Source of the DNA: Hyaloraphidium curvatum SAG 235-1
Taxonomy: Eukaryota; Fungi; Monoblepharomycota
Assembly: GCA_025558095.1 (NCBI GenBank)
Contig: JAIVFI010000021.1
Coordinates: 642,499 to 706,498, forward strand
Direction: 5' to 3'
DNA: 64,000 nucleotides
The position numbers and the translations under genes are program-made. Below, piece after piece: positions 50,371 through 62,600 of the stretch. The notes under the pieces are model-generated. The model was not told the origin of the DNA, did not search any database, and saw nothing but the letters and a program-made list of their open reading frames with translations. Position 1 is the first letter of the stretch, and the number at the start of each line of letters is the position of its first letter.

Positions 50371-53300
50371 GAAAGCGAGACTCGGACATGCCTCAAGATA
50401 CTGTACCAAAACGTCGAGCGGAAGCTCGAGAAGAGCCTCTTTATACGTGAGCTGCTGCTACACATTGTAGAGTACGATATCGTCGTTTTCGCTGAAGCAA
50501 GGTGGACGGGCAAAGGCGAGAAGCGGACTTGGGAGGAGCATATGAGCAACAACGACATCCGCGCAGAGGTTGCCGCGGTACTGGAAACGTTCGAGGTTTA
50601 TGAGAAGAGCTGCTCGGAGCATGGTGGAGGAGGGTTGACGGTCTTTGTGCGAAAGGAGCTACCGCACACCGTACGGACAGACTTGGACCCGATCCTGGAC
50701 GTCGTGCAGATCCAAGTCGGCGGAGTGAACGTGCTGGGGGCGTACATACCGCCGACGCCAACGCAGGACATAGTCACGCAGGACGAGATGTGGTCGAGGT
50801 TCTCAGGGATTGTGGCTGGGTGCGACATGCTGATCGTGATCGGGGACCTGAACGCACATGTGGGGATAAGCGAGGCAAACAGCGACGTGCGTGGCACGAG
50901 CTTCGGAAAGCGTGTAATCCGGTCGGAGCAGCGCACGGATCGGAGGGGGAAACAGCTACTTGCACTGTGCCACGAGGAGGAGCTGGTGATCCTGAATGGG
51001 CGCCTCGAGCCGGGGGCAACAACTCGCGCAGGAAAGGATGGCGAGCGGGACAGCACCTTGGACTACGCAATCGTGCCGCAGAGCCGCTACGGGACGGTCA
51101 CCCAGCTTGCATTTGTGAAGGAAGGCTGGGTCGTCACCTCAGACCACATGGCCCTGAGCCTGACCATCAAGGCCAACCTCGTGCGACCAGCTGCGAAGGA
51201 GAACAAGCCGCACTGCAAGCCCGTGCCGTGCGACTTCCACTTCCTCGCAATAATGCGAAACCTCTACGACGAGCCCTGGGTCAAGGAGGCAATGCAAGAG
51301 TACGAGCAACTTCAAGCTGGATCCGACAAGTGCAACCGGCTCATCCAGATCATGGCAGCGGTGAACAAGGTCGCAAAGAAGAAGTACGACAAGGTCAGCG
51401 TACACGAAGAGGCGGACAAGTTCCTCAACGGCTTTGCGGACTCGGCAGAGAGGGCCGAGATCGATCGGAAGCTGTCACGCCTTCTTGAGCTGCGATCCCT
51501 CATGGAGAAGGACGAGTGGAAGAAGGAGTACCAGGGGAAGACGCGGGAGCTGGAGAAGGAGCGGAAGAAGTTGGAGAAGAGGATGCGGAGGGTTGCTGAG
51601 CGAGAGAACTCCAAGCTGCTAGAGCGACTCTTCAGGCGAGAGCCTAAGGGGTACTACCAGCTGCTTGGAAAGGCTCACGCAAGGCGCAAGGGCAACCCCG
51701 TGCCCTTTGCAGAGCTGGTGCGCCACATGGAGATGGTCGCCAGCGCCGAATACGTGACCAAGATCGAGGAGGATCCAAGGCTCACGTTTCCACCACTTCC
51801 CAAGGCCACGATCACGCCTTCTGGAGACCTGCTGCGCCCCATCACCCTCAAGGAGCTGGAGAGGGTCTTGAAGAAGGCCCCCAACGGCAAGGCAAAGGAC
51901 GAGGATGGGATCCGGCTCGAGTTCGTCAAGTACGGGACTGCAGTACTAAAGCAAGCTGTTGTCAACCTCCTCAACGACGTGCTCAATGGCGTCAAGATGG
52001 ATGACTGGGGCCAGACACTGCTGGTGATGCTGCACAAGAAGGGGCCCAAGAACGTGGCTGGCAACTACCGAGGCATCAGCATAGAGAGGACGCTGGAGAA
52101 GGTCTTCTCCCTGGTCTGGAACGCTCGGCTAGCTCCCTGGGCTGAGTGCAACAAGCTGCTGGAAGGCTCGCAGTTTGGATTCCGTGCACGGAGATCGACC
52201 CTTCATGCAGTGTTCCTTGCCGAGGCACTCTTCTCCCTGGCCAAGGCACGCAAGGAGAAGCTGATCATGGTCTTTGTAGATTTCACAAAGGCTTTTGACA
52301 CGGTGGAACACCCCAGGTTATGGCAGAAACTGGAGGAGATGGGTGTACCCAAACAGGTTGTTGACATGTTCGAGATGGCGTTCGGGCGCGTGTGGGGACG
52401 GCTCCGGGATGAAGATGGGACCAAGTCAGACTTCATCAAGTTCCTGACCGGAGTGAAGCAGGGGGACCCTCTCTCGTCGCTGTTCTTCATCTTGTTCATC
52501 AACGACATCACTGCTTTCATGGAGGCCAATGGTGCAAAAGGGATGGATCTGGGCATGGTGTCTGAGGAGGAAGAGGATCAGGAGAGGATGGTCAGCTTGC
52601 TGGCTCTGTTCTTTGCAGACGACACCACTTTGATCTCGAAGACGGTGAAGGATGCCAAGATGCAGCTGGATCTTCTGTCTGCATATGCCAGTGCCAATGG
52701 GCTGGAGATCAACGTCAGCAAGACAGAGTGGATGGCCAGGAGGATACCTCACCGTGTAAAGCTCATGTACAGGGACCAGGAGCTGAAGAGGGTTGACAGC
52801 TTCAAGCTTCTGGGGTATCAGCTGACCTCAACCGGCCGGAGCAAGGACCATGTGCATGGCAGAGAGGCCAAGATGAACGCTGCTTATGGGCTCTGGCTCC
52901 GCGACTTCAGGGAGCAGCCTGGGATGAGTCCTGACCTCCAGCTCAAGCTCTACAACACAAAGGTCAAGGCAGTGGGCCAATATGGGAACCCATTCATTGT
53001 TGAGATGCCGAAGGAGGAGTACCTTGCCGGGGAAAGCACCAGGGACAAAGTGACATGCATGGCTCTTCGTGCCGTCACTCATCTGCCCAAGTCTACCTCC
53101 CTGGCCTGTCTGTATGCGATCACTGGCCAGTACCCCCTTGCAGTTCATGACCACGAGTCGGCACTCAAGTTCCTCATGCGCATCAAAACAGCGGATCCTG
53201 CGCTGTACCTACTTTACAAAGAGCTCAAGATCGAGGCACTGAAGGGGTCCTGGAACTGGGCTGCCTTCCTGAGGGAACTACTTGTATACTATGGTGGCGA

Positions 53301-53461
53301 AGATGGGAAGGAGATGTGGGAGAAGGACACTGTCTCATGGCCCAAGGAGACTATGGAGAATCTTGTGAAGGGCAAGTTCAGGGAGATCAATGCCCAGAGG
53401 CTCAAGGACAACGACAAACTGCACTTTTGGAGGATGTGTGACATGACCTTTGGCCACATCG
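50371..53461 (+). CDS. LINE ORF2 (AP endonuclease + reverse transcriptase); coding begins upstream of the first ATG (50542)
   Basis: In-frame LKILYQNV and YDIVVFAE (first APE motifs) lie between 50371 and 50541. The last ~22 codons of the listed ORF are antisense Gypsy sequence. Confidence 0.88.
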
Positions 53462-56400
53462 GACCTGTCTGCAAACTTCTTCTGGTCCTCCTGGGCCTGC
53501 TGAAGTTCTTCCTTCAGGATTGTCGTTGATCTCTCTCAATTTGACAACCAGTTCTTCAGCTTTTGGCACCACTTTGTCCTTTGCTGGTTTCACGTCAAAC
53601 TTCGGATGAAAGCCGTAGTTTGCAAAGAATGGTGTCATTTTCGTTGACGCATGGATGGAATTGTTGTATGCAAATTCTGCCAGAGGCAAGAGCTCTCTCC
53701 AGTTGTCCTGGTCGTAGTTCACAAACGCTCTGAGGTACTGCTCCAGAGTCTGGTTGACGATTTCAGACTGTCCATCTGTTTGTGGGTGAAAGATGTGGAC
53801 ATTTTTACCTTCACGTCACGCAGCTCCATGAGACGGTTCCAGAACTTTGACAAAAACTGGGTGCCTCTGTCCGAAATGATCTCATCCGGGAATCCATGCT
53901 CTTTGAGAACGTGCTTCAGAAACTTCTTTGCCGTCTGTTCCGAATTTGGCAGCTTCTTGAAGTCCAGAAAGTGCGCTTGTTTGGAGAGTCTGTCTACAAC
54001 TGTGAGAATGCATGTTCTGGCCTCAGACTCAGGTAGCTCTACAATGAAATCCATTGAGATTGATGACCAGTTTCTCTAAGGTACCCCCAAAGGTTGAAGC
54101 TCTCCGTAGGGCTTGTGACGATTCGCTTTGCTTCTTTGGCAAGTGTCACATGTCGTCAACTATGCCTCCACGAGCTTCTTCATTTTGGGCCACCAGAAAT
54201 CTCTTTCCACGAGTTCCAGTGTTTTCTTGACCCCAAAATGTCCCGCGAGTTTGCTGTCATGTCTGCTCTCCAAAACTTCCCTTCGAAGCTCTTCTGGCAC
54301 GTACACTGCATCTTCATGGTACAGCACTCCTTCATCCAGTGAGAAGTGTTCCATGTCGGCCTTGGTTCCTTCCCTCTGCTCAGTGGGTCTTCCTCGAGCC
54401 ATGTCTTCAGCTCTTGAACCAAGGGATCCTCTTCTTGAAGGCCTTTGATCCGTTCCCATCGATGTCCTCTTCATCAGCAAGCAATGCCATCAGCATGAAA
54501 TTCTCGTTCGTGAAGATTGTCCTTTCCTTCTGCTCCCGCAGTTGGTCTTGACTTGGCTCAAACTGTGGCTTCCTTGACAATGCATCTGCCTTTCCATTCT
54601 GTTTGCCCGGTTTGTACCTGATTTCAAACCAAAACCGCATGAAGAACTGTGCCCATCTGGCGTGTCTGCCTTTCAGAACCATTGCCTTTGACAGGGCATG
54701 CAGGTTGTGGTGGTCGGAGTACACAGTCGTTCTGTGCTTTGCTCCTTCCAGGTAGTGCCTCCATTCTGCAAATCCTTTTGATGGCAAGCATCTCCTGGTC
54801 AAGCGTGTCGTAGTGACCTTCGGTCTTCGACATTGCCCTTGAGAAGTAGCACACCGGGTGCAGCTGTTCATCCTCCCCTTGCTGCAACAGAATTGCACTG
54901 ATCGCAGAAGCAGAACTGTCCGTCTCCATCACGACCTGCTTGTCAAAGTCAGGGTGGAGCAACACTGGTGGTGTTGTGAATGCGCGTTTCAAGTCCTCAA
55001 ATGCCTTCCTGCATTCCTTTGTCCATTCCCATGTTTGCTCTTTCTTCAACAACTTGTAGAGGGGCATTGCTTTCCTTGCAAACCCTTCCACGTATCTTCG
55101 CAGGTAGCTGGCAAAGCCAAGAAACGTCCTCAGTTCCTTTACATTCCTGGGTTCCGCCCAATCCAGGATGGCCTTGACATCTTTCGGGTGTGGCTGGTAC
55201 CCTTTCTCCGTGATCAGGAAACCTGCGTAGATGACTTCCGTTGTGTCCCAGACGCATTTGTGTGGCCTGGCCTGCAAGTTGTTGTCCTTCAACACCTGCA
55301 GCACCTGCTTCACGTGCTCTGCATGCTTGCTTGGGTCTTCGTCGTACACCAGCAAGTCATCCAAGTAGATCACCAACCAATCGTCTAGGAACTCGATGAA
55401 AATCGTATTCATGTAGCGCTGAAAAGCACTGGGTGCGTTCCTGAGCCCAAATGGCACCACCAAGTACTCATAACTTCCGTAGCGAGTTTTGAATGCAGTT
55501 TTCCACTCATGGCCTTCTGCAACTCTGACTTGGTAGTAGGCTGCTGCTAGATCGATCTTGTCCTGCAACTCTGTCCAACAGCTCCGTCAGCAACGGCAAG
55601 CTGTAGTTGTCTGGAACGGTGATTGCATTGAGGCCTTGATAATTGATCACCGGCCTGGGATCCCTGCCCTTGTTTTTCGCGTAGATAAAGGGAGCCCCAG
55701 CAGGACTGCTACTCGGTTTGATGAACCCTCTTTGCAGCATGCTGTCCACGTATTTTCGCAAATCCGAGAGTTCTTTGGCGTTCAGGGGAATGATTCTCGA
55801 GTTTGGAGGTGTTGTTCCTGGCAGTAAATTGATCTCCAAATCCACTCCCGGCCGGTGAGGGGGAAGCTTCTCCACGTCCCGCGCTTCGAAGACCGCCAGG
55901 AAATCATGATACTTTTCAGGCACCAACTTCCTCGGATCTTTCTCCCAATCACCCTCAGGTTTAGCTTTCATGCCCGTCGGCAAAGCATCACCTGCTTCAT
56001 GCTCCGGTCCGTCACCTCCTGTCGAAGATGATTTTCCATCGGCACGCGCGTGTACACTACTTTCTGCATTGATGGTCGCATTGTGGCCCATCCCTCTGTG
56101 GTGTGGTGCGTCAGCTCTGGGGGGCAAGTCCAAAGCTCGCGGTTCAGCTGATCCGTCTTTCATCCCAAACTCTCTTGTCTCGTGGATGTTCACTTCTGCC
56201 GGCTCTTCTGGCTTTCCTTTGCCTTTCTTCCCAGGGATTTTGACTGTGTGGGGCGCATCATGCTTCGCTTTCATGTGCAAGCAGTTGCATCCTCCATCAG
56301 CAAAGACTTCAAACTGGAGTTTCTCTGCTCCTTTTGCATCCTTCACTTTTTGTGGGATTGTCAAGAGCTTTTTCTTCCAGTTGATCTTTGGGTTGTTGTC

Positions 56401-56665
56401 TTCCGCCACTTCAAGCCCAAGATCATCGGAAAAGCCGGAGACTCCATTACATAGAACACCATCTCCTCACGATGCGTGCCCAAGGACATCTATCTCCATT
56501 GGCATCGTTTTGTACTCCACAATTCCTCCAGGGAGAACCGATCCATCAGCGGCGGTGATCTGAATCGGCCTTTCCAATTTCACCAAGTCCAAATTGTGGG
56601 TTTCTGCAAACTCTTTGTCAACAAAATTCGGCCTTGTTGCACAGTCCACCAAAGCTGGCACTGCG
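53462..56665 (-). mobile_element. Degenerate Ty3/Gypsy (Tf2/chromovirus-like) pol fragment with multiple frameshifts, truncated at both ends
   Basis: ALVDC protease, [78 protein letters not shown]. Confidence 0.92.
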
Positions 56666-56799
56666 ACGCTGCGCGGGCCGGCGCGCGGCCGGGCGGAGCG
56701 TGGGATGCGCATGGGGTCGCCGACCTCGCCGGCCTATGAGGTGAACTGCCGGGTGACTTTTCGGAGCTATACGGTATAGCTCTGGAAAGTCACCTCTGC

Positions 56800-57309
56800 T
56801 GAAGAGCTTGTTGCGAATCAGCCGGGAGTCAAGGATATGGTTGACCACAAACTCGAACTCGTTGTCGACCTCAATCGGAGGCGGAGGCGGCTGCTTGCGG
56901 TCTGGCGAGGGGTCCGCGTGGTACAGTTCGAGGAGGGAGACATGGAAGACGGGGAATATCTTGAGCTGCTTGGGCAGTTTGAGCTTGAATACGACGGGGT
57001 TGATCTTGGCCTCGATCAGGAACGGGCCGAGTCGCTTGAAATCGAGCTTGTCCGAGGGCCGCGTCGTCTTGACGTTGCGGCGGAGGAGCCACACGTGGTC
57101 GCCGACCTTGAAGTCGGGCGCGGGAAGGCGCTGCCGGTTCGCGTACTTGACTTGAAGTTCTTGGGCTAGCTCGAGCTCGATCTGCGCTTCCGCAGAGATC
57201 TCGGCCAGTTGGCGAGCGAAGTCCTCAGCCGTGGGGGCCGTGGAAGGCTCTCGACGCGGGAGGATGTCGAAACGGGGATGGAAACCGTAGTTCAAGAAGA
57301 ATGGCGAGG
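56800..57309 (-). mobile_element. Second chromovirus-like Gypsy fragment: integrase C-terminus (GPF motif) and start of chromodomain
   Basis: SPFFLNYGFHPR, FKVGDHVWL, KLDFKRLGPF, FPVFHVSLLE, EFEFVVNHILDSR. Confidence 0.88.
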
Positions 57310-57389
57310 TGCGAAGGTACAGGACGTCTGACATTCGGACAAGGGTATTTTCATTTTCGGTTCGGAGGCGTGGAGGCGTCGGTCCTCGC

Positions 57390-57488
57390 GATCGACTCGT
57401 GATCGACTCGTGATCGACTCGCGATCGACTCGCGAGTGACTCGCGAGTCACTCGCGAGCGACTCGCGAGCGACTCGCAAGTGACTCGG
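57390..57488 (+). repeat. Nine tandem 11-bp repeats (GA(T/G)CGACTCGC-like) in the LTR upstream of the TATA box
   Basis: Read directly; includes the 30-bp perfect palindrome CTCGCGAGTGACTCGCGAGTCACTCGCGAG. Confidence 0.9.
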
Positions 57489-57963
57489 CACAGCCACCCT
57501 CCTGGGATATATAAAGAGCGGGACATGTAACAGTACAATCTTGATCGCCAGTTGACTCTACGTGCTCTCCGTGTCGTTCGACCACCGTGCGGAACCCCGC
57601 CCGGCCGGATCCTCGTTCTGAGAGCCCTTGGGACGCACCCCGGGAGACATCCCGTAACCTCTTTCCCCCGGCTACAGTCAAGTATCTTCAGCGCTGTTCG
57701 CTTATTCATATTCAGGGCCTATCCGACCCGAAGAGCCGAGCGGGATTCGCGCGCCGGGTTAGAGCTTCAGGCCCGGTTCCGACCCGGACCGTCGCACTGG
57801 TCCGACCTCCGTGATCCTGCTCTCGGGTCTTCGACACCTCGTTCGACTTCAGTTTCGACTTCGATAATCCAAAAACAACTTCGCCTGGCACCGGCGCTTG
57901 TCGACTGCCACTCTTTTCTGTCAACCGTATTCCGTCAACCAAGTTCATTCCCCTTCGCCAAAC

Positions 57964-59619
57964 ATGGACCCCGTTCAAGAAGCCGCCCCTCAGCAGGAGG
58001 TTCAGCAGCCTCAGGAAGCTAACGATTTGCAGAACAACCCGCAGGCCCAGGCGATTATCCAAGCTGCGCAGGCCGCGATCCAGCAAGTCGGCGCCGCCGC
58101 CAACGACGTCGCCCAACTCGCCGCCCAGCAAGCCGCCCAGCAAGCCGTCGCCGATCAGCTTGCCGCTCAGCTCGTGGCGCAACAGACCGCTCAGCAGTTG
58201 CCAGCTGCCCAAGTTCAACAGCAAGCCGCCGCCGAGCAGCTTGCAGCGCAGCAGCTCCAGCAGCTCGCCGCACAGCAGCAGGGTCAGCGGAGCGAGCAAG
58301 CCCCGGCTGTCAACGCTGCCGCCGCTGGTCTCCAGCCGCAGCAGTTCGTCGACGCCGTACGGGCCATCGTTGGCGCTCAGCCGCCGAACGATGGAAGCAC
58401 CGGCCTCCCCCAGGCGGATCGCCAGGGCGGAGCCGCCAAGCTCCCGGCTCAGCTGCTGCCTGCTTCTGTTCAGCCCTTCGATCCCGCTACGCAGGACCCG
58501 GAAGACTTCTTCCGCGACCTCACTACGGTTCTCACGGCGTTCGGCTCCATCAACAACCTCGTCAAGGTCTTCCCGGTCTTCCTTGGGCCTCTGCCGCGCG
58601 CAATGTGGCACAACATCACGCCGCAGAACCGCCCTCCGGACTATCCCGCGACGGCCACCTATCCTCCGGTGACCCAGAACGATGTGCTTGCCTGGCTACG
58701 CTACCACTTCGAGCCCCGCGACGCATCGATGCATTATCGCCGGCACTACAACACGATTCAGATGACCAACGATGAGACCCTCGACGCCTTCGTTGCCCGC
58801 GTATCCCTGGCCGAGACGCGTTTCCTCTCGCACTGCGGCGATCAGCTTCCTACCAGGGAAGTGCAAGACAGCGTGTACGGCCAGAACCTGCTCTACGGAC
58901 TGCGCCCGGAGCTACGCGGGAAGGCGCTGGAGCTCCTCGGGGATCACCTCATCAACCGCACTTCCGTCACCAAGGTCATCGAGAAGATGCGCACCGTCAT
59001 GCAAGCATCGGGCCCTGCGCAGCCGCGCGACATCCGTTTCCTGGGCCAGAACTCGATTTCGGAGATTCCGGCTCTGGTCGGCCAGCACTCGTCTTCGGGC
59101 TCCTCCAAGGCGACCGACAAGGCGACGACGGAAGTGCTGCTGGCTCATACGCAGGCTCTCACAAAGCTGCTGGAGCCTAAGGGAGAGCGCAGGCCCACCG
59201 GTGGACCGCCGGGGGAGTCTGCGTTCCGGCCTCCGCGCCGTTTCGTCCCCTTCCAGTCTCGTCGGAGCCAGCCGTTGCCGCCTTCGGGGCCGAACAGCGA
59301 CCTCGTCGAGATCAAGGAGCTCATCACCAAGCTGCTGCCGTCGCCTCGCCATCAGGTTCAGGCCGCGGAGACCAGGTCGAACCCCCCCGCGAGGCCTCCT
59401 CCGATCGATCGGCCCCGTCAGCAGCAGGAGCGCCAGGATCGCCGGCCCTTCACCTCGGAGTACCGCGACCAGAAGCGCTTCCAGCCTCGCCACTGCCATC
59501 TCTGTGGCATGGATGGGCATGCTCAGGACGAGTGCTGGGAGTTGGAGAAGAATGCCAACCGCCGCCCACTCAACTGGAAGTCTCGCCTCGGCAACACCCC
59601 TTCGATGCCAAAAAACTAG
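57964..59619 (+). CDS. Gypsy Gag with Gln/Ala-rich N-terminus and a CCHC knuckle
   Basis: IQMTNDETLDAFVARV major-homology-like region, GLRPELR, CHLCGMDGHAQDEC. Confidence 0.88.
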   Translation: MDPVQEAAPQQEVQQPQEANDLQNNPQAQAIIQAAQAAIQQVGAAANDVAQLAAQQAAQQAVADQLAAQLVAQQTAQQLPAAQVQQQAAAEQLAAQQLQQLAAQQQGQRSEQAPAVNAAAAGLQPQQFVDAVRAIVGAQPPNDGSTGLPQADRQGGAAKLPAQLLPASVQPFDPATQDPEDFFRDLTTVLTAFGSINNLVKVFPVFLGPLPRAMWHNITPQNRPPDYPATATYPPVTQNDVLAWLRYHFEPRDASMHYRRHYNTIQMTNDETLDAFVARVSLAETRFLSHCGDQLPTREVQDSVYGQNLLYGLRPELRGKALELLGDHLINRTSVTKVIEKMRTVMQASGPAQPRDIRFLGQNSISEIPALVGQHSSSGSSKATDKATTEVLLAHTQALTKLLEPKGERRPTGGPPGESAFRPPRRFVPFQSRRSQPLPPSGPNSDLVEIKELITKLLPSPRHQVQAAETRSNPPARPPPIDRPRQQQERQDRRPFTSEYRDQKRFQPRHCHLCGMDGHAQDECWELEKNANRRPLNWKSRLGNTPSMPKN

Positions 59620-59660
59620 CTTTGCCCTCAGTGCCGCACGGCCATAGGGGGGCAGAGATC
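59610..59660 (+). promoter_or_regulatory. Programmed -1 ribosomal frameshift signal (A AAA AAC plus downstream stem-loop)
   Basis: Heptamer at 59610-59616 immediately before the gag stop; pol is in the -1 frame; CTTTGCCCTC can pair with GGGGGCAGAG downstream. Confidence 0.8.
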
Positions 59661-62600
59661 CAAGCTCTTGAACCACATGTGGAACCTCTTCCTGGAACTT
59701 CCCCGCTGCCGGACGGCACGGACCCTTCATCTCCTGGCGGATCGCCGGAGTTGTCGGATTCCGCGACCGATGAACCGACGGCGGAGGAACACGTTCATCA
59801 TTGGCCCTTCGGGGGCACGGAGTACATCCTCTTCCTCGAGGCGGAGGCAGCTCGACAGGCCGCCGTTCGTCAGCAGCGGGAGGCGCTCATGCCGATCGAC
59901 GAGACCCTGGCCCCGCCGCCGGCAGCGGATTCGGCGTCGCCCGGCTCGGTCGAGGTCGTGGGAAACGGTGAACCGGCGGCACAGGATGCGGACGCGGGAT
60001 CAGCGGATGCACCTATGCACGAGGGCCCGACCGTCCGCGCCGTTCCCGGACCTTTCGAAAGGCCCCCTCCTCCTTCCGCCTACGCACGACCACCGCTGCC
60101 TGGCCCTCGGCCTCGCCCGCGGCCACCTGCTCCGGTTGCCCCTCCGCCGGATCGCTGGACGTGGACTTCTCAAGTGCAGTTCCACTATCAGGCGGCACGC
60201 GTTTCGGCATGGGTCAACGGCGTGAATACCCCCGCGGCCCTCGTCGACTCCGGTGCCTCAGTGGTGGCGGTTCGGTCGTCCTTCTTCTGCCGGATCCACC
60301 CGTCGCCACCGATCAAACCATGGACACTCGGCACCCTCAGCACGGCCGCGGCCGGCGGAACCATGTGGGTCCGCGGAGTTGCTAAGATGGACATCCTGGT
60401 CGGGAATCAACACTGCGTCATGGACGTCGCCATCATGGACGGTCTCATGGACGACGTGATCCTCGGCACCCCTTGGCTCTCCGCCCTACGCGTTCAGATG
60501 GACTGGGAGACGCCGGTCCTCTATTTCAAGGACGATCCGGAGGGGGTCGTCGTGCCAATGCACATTGTTGCGCGACCGCTCTTCGGATCACACCTGGTCG
60601 CCCCGCTCCATTCAACCACCTCCATCACGGTCTACCCCAACGAGGACGTCTCGATCACCGCTGAGCTGGCCCCGACGACTCCCTTGGCGACCGTCGTGGA
60701 GATGGACTTGACAGGGGTCATCGAGACGCCGAACACTTCGCCGTTCGATCGCCTCTTCATCATCCCGTCGGCGACGCCCGACAGAGACGGTCGGCTGCCG
60801 ATTCTCATCCGCAACTACGGGACGACACCGGTCACGATCGGCCCGGGCACCCACCTCGGCCGCTTCCGCGTGCGGATTCCTGGATTTCTCGCTCCGGAAC
60901 CGCCCACGTATCTGGCTCCCGCGCAGATCTCGATGCTGGAGCCCGAGCTGCCCCACACCGAACCGGCCGAATCCACGCTCACGGTCGAGGAGACCATCGA
61001 TCTGTTCGCGGTGCCCTCGCCGGGATCGATTGGACCACCTCAGCCTCCCGGCGTGGAGCCTCCTCCGGTCGAGGCTATCGAGCTCAAGATGGACCAAACG
61101 ATCCTGAGCGAGGGGGACAAACCTCGTTTCCATAAGCTCTGCGACCGCTACCGGGACGTGTTTGGTCCTTGGATCGGCAAGCTGCGCAACCATCGCTTCC
61201 GGATCGACACGGGCGACCTCAAGCCGATCCACCAGATGCCGTACCGGACCCCGTTCCGGCTTCGCGGGGAAATGGACAAGATCATCGACGACCTGCTCGT
61301 GCAGGGCGTAGTCGTCCCCTCGCGAAGCCCCTGGGCCACGCCCTGCATCATGGTGCCAAAAGGGCACGGCTCGGGCGAATGGCGCCTGGTGATCGATTAC
61401 CGGAAGCTCAACGCCGCCACCAAGCGCGACGTCTACCCGATGAAGAACCCAAGCGACACTCTCGCTCTCCTCAGCGCGGCCAAGGTGTGGAGCGTTTGCG
61501 ACATCCGCTCCGGCTTTTGGCACGTGGAGGTGGCCGACGAGGACAAGGAAAAGACGGCCTTCACGACGCACCGCGGTCTCTACCAGTGGGAGCGGATGGC
61601 CATGGGCTTTACCAACGCTCCTGCAACCTTTGCTCGGACGAGCTCCTCGCCGGCCTCCAGTGGTACTGCTTGGTGGTCTTCATCGACGACATCATTATCT
61701 TCTCGCAGACGGTCGACGAGCACCTCGTGCACCTGGAGCTCCTCTTTGACCGACTGCGCGAGGCCGGGATGACTCTGAAGCTGGCCAAATGCAAGTTCTT
61801 CCGCCGCGAGGTCAAATACCTCGGGCATTACGTCACCGCCGACGGCCTCAAGGTCGACCCCGAGAAGACCCGCGCGGTGGACCAGTTCCCCCGCCCAACG
61901 ACCAAGAAGGAGCTCCAATCGTTTCTCGGCCTCTCCAACTACTATCGCCCCTTCATTGCCGGCTACGCCAACATTGCCAGCCCGCTCACCCGCCTGACGC
62001 AGGACGGCGTCTCGGTCTCTCGGGCCTGGGACGACGCATGCGAGGCCGCCTTCCGTATGCTAAAGGAACGGCTTACGTCGGCGCCCGTGCTCCGTCGCCC
62101 CGACTTTTCCAAGCGCTTCGTCTTGTTCACGGATGCCAGCGATATCGGCCTCGGCGCGGTGCTCAGCCAGCGGGACTCCGATGGCAAGGAGTACGTCATC
62201 GCCTACGCCAGCCGCGCTCTGCAGCCGAACGAGCGCAAGTGGGACACTCGGGAGCGCGAAGCCCTGGCCGTTGTTTGGGCATGCGAGCATTTCCGGGCGT
62301 ATTTGATCGGGGACGAGTTTGAGGTGGTCACCGACCATAGCGCCCTCAAATGGCTCTTGGAGACCTCCAAGCCGGGCCGCCTACAGCGCTGGATCCTCCG
62401 GCTCTCGGACTTCAGGTTCCAGATCATCCATCGCTCGGGCAAAGCGAACTCCAACGCCGACTTCCTGTCTCGTCAGCTCGTGGCGCCGTCGCCCGACGAG
62501 GACGTGCCTATGGGCGACCCCGAGGAAATCTTGGACATCCCTGCCTTTTGGCCCCCAAACCCTCCCGACCCCTTGCCTTTTTCTTCTTTTTCTGGGGGGG

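Larger units (their letters stand above)
48980..53461 (+). mobile_element. Non-LTR retrotransposon (LINE, APE-RT type), 3'-truncated
   Basis: ORF1 with coiled coil; ORF2 with APE motifs (GDLNAH, STLDY, SDH) and RT motifs ([33 protein letters not shown]). Confidence 0.93.

Noticed and set aside
56695-56706. 12-nt match to the satellite (GGAGCGTGGGAT)
   Set aside because: Too short to distinguish from chance.
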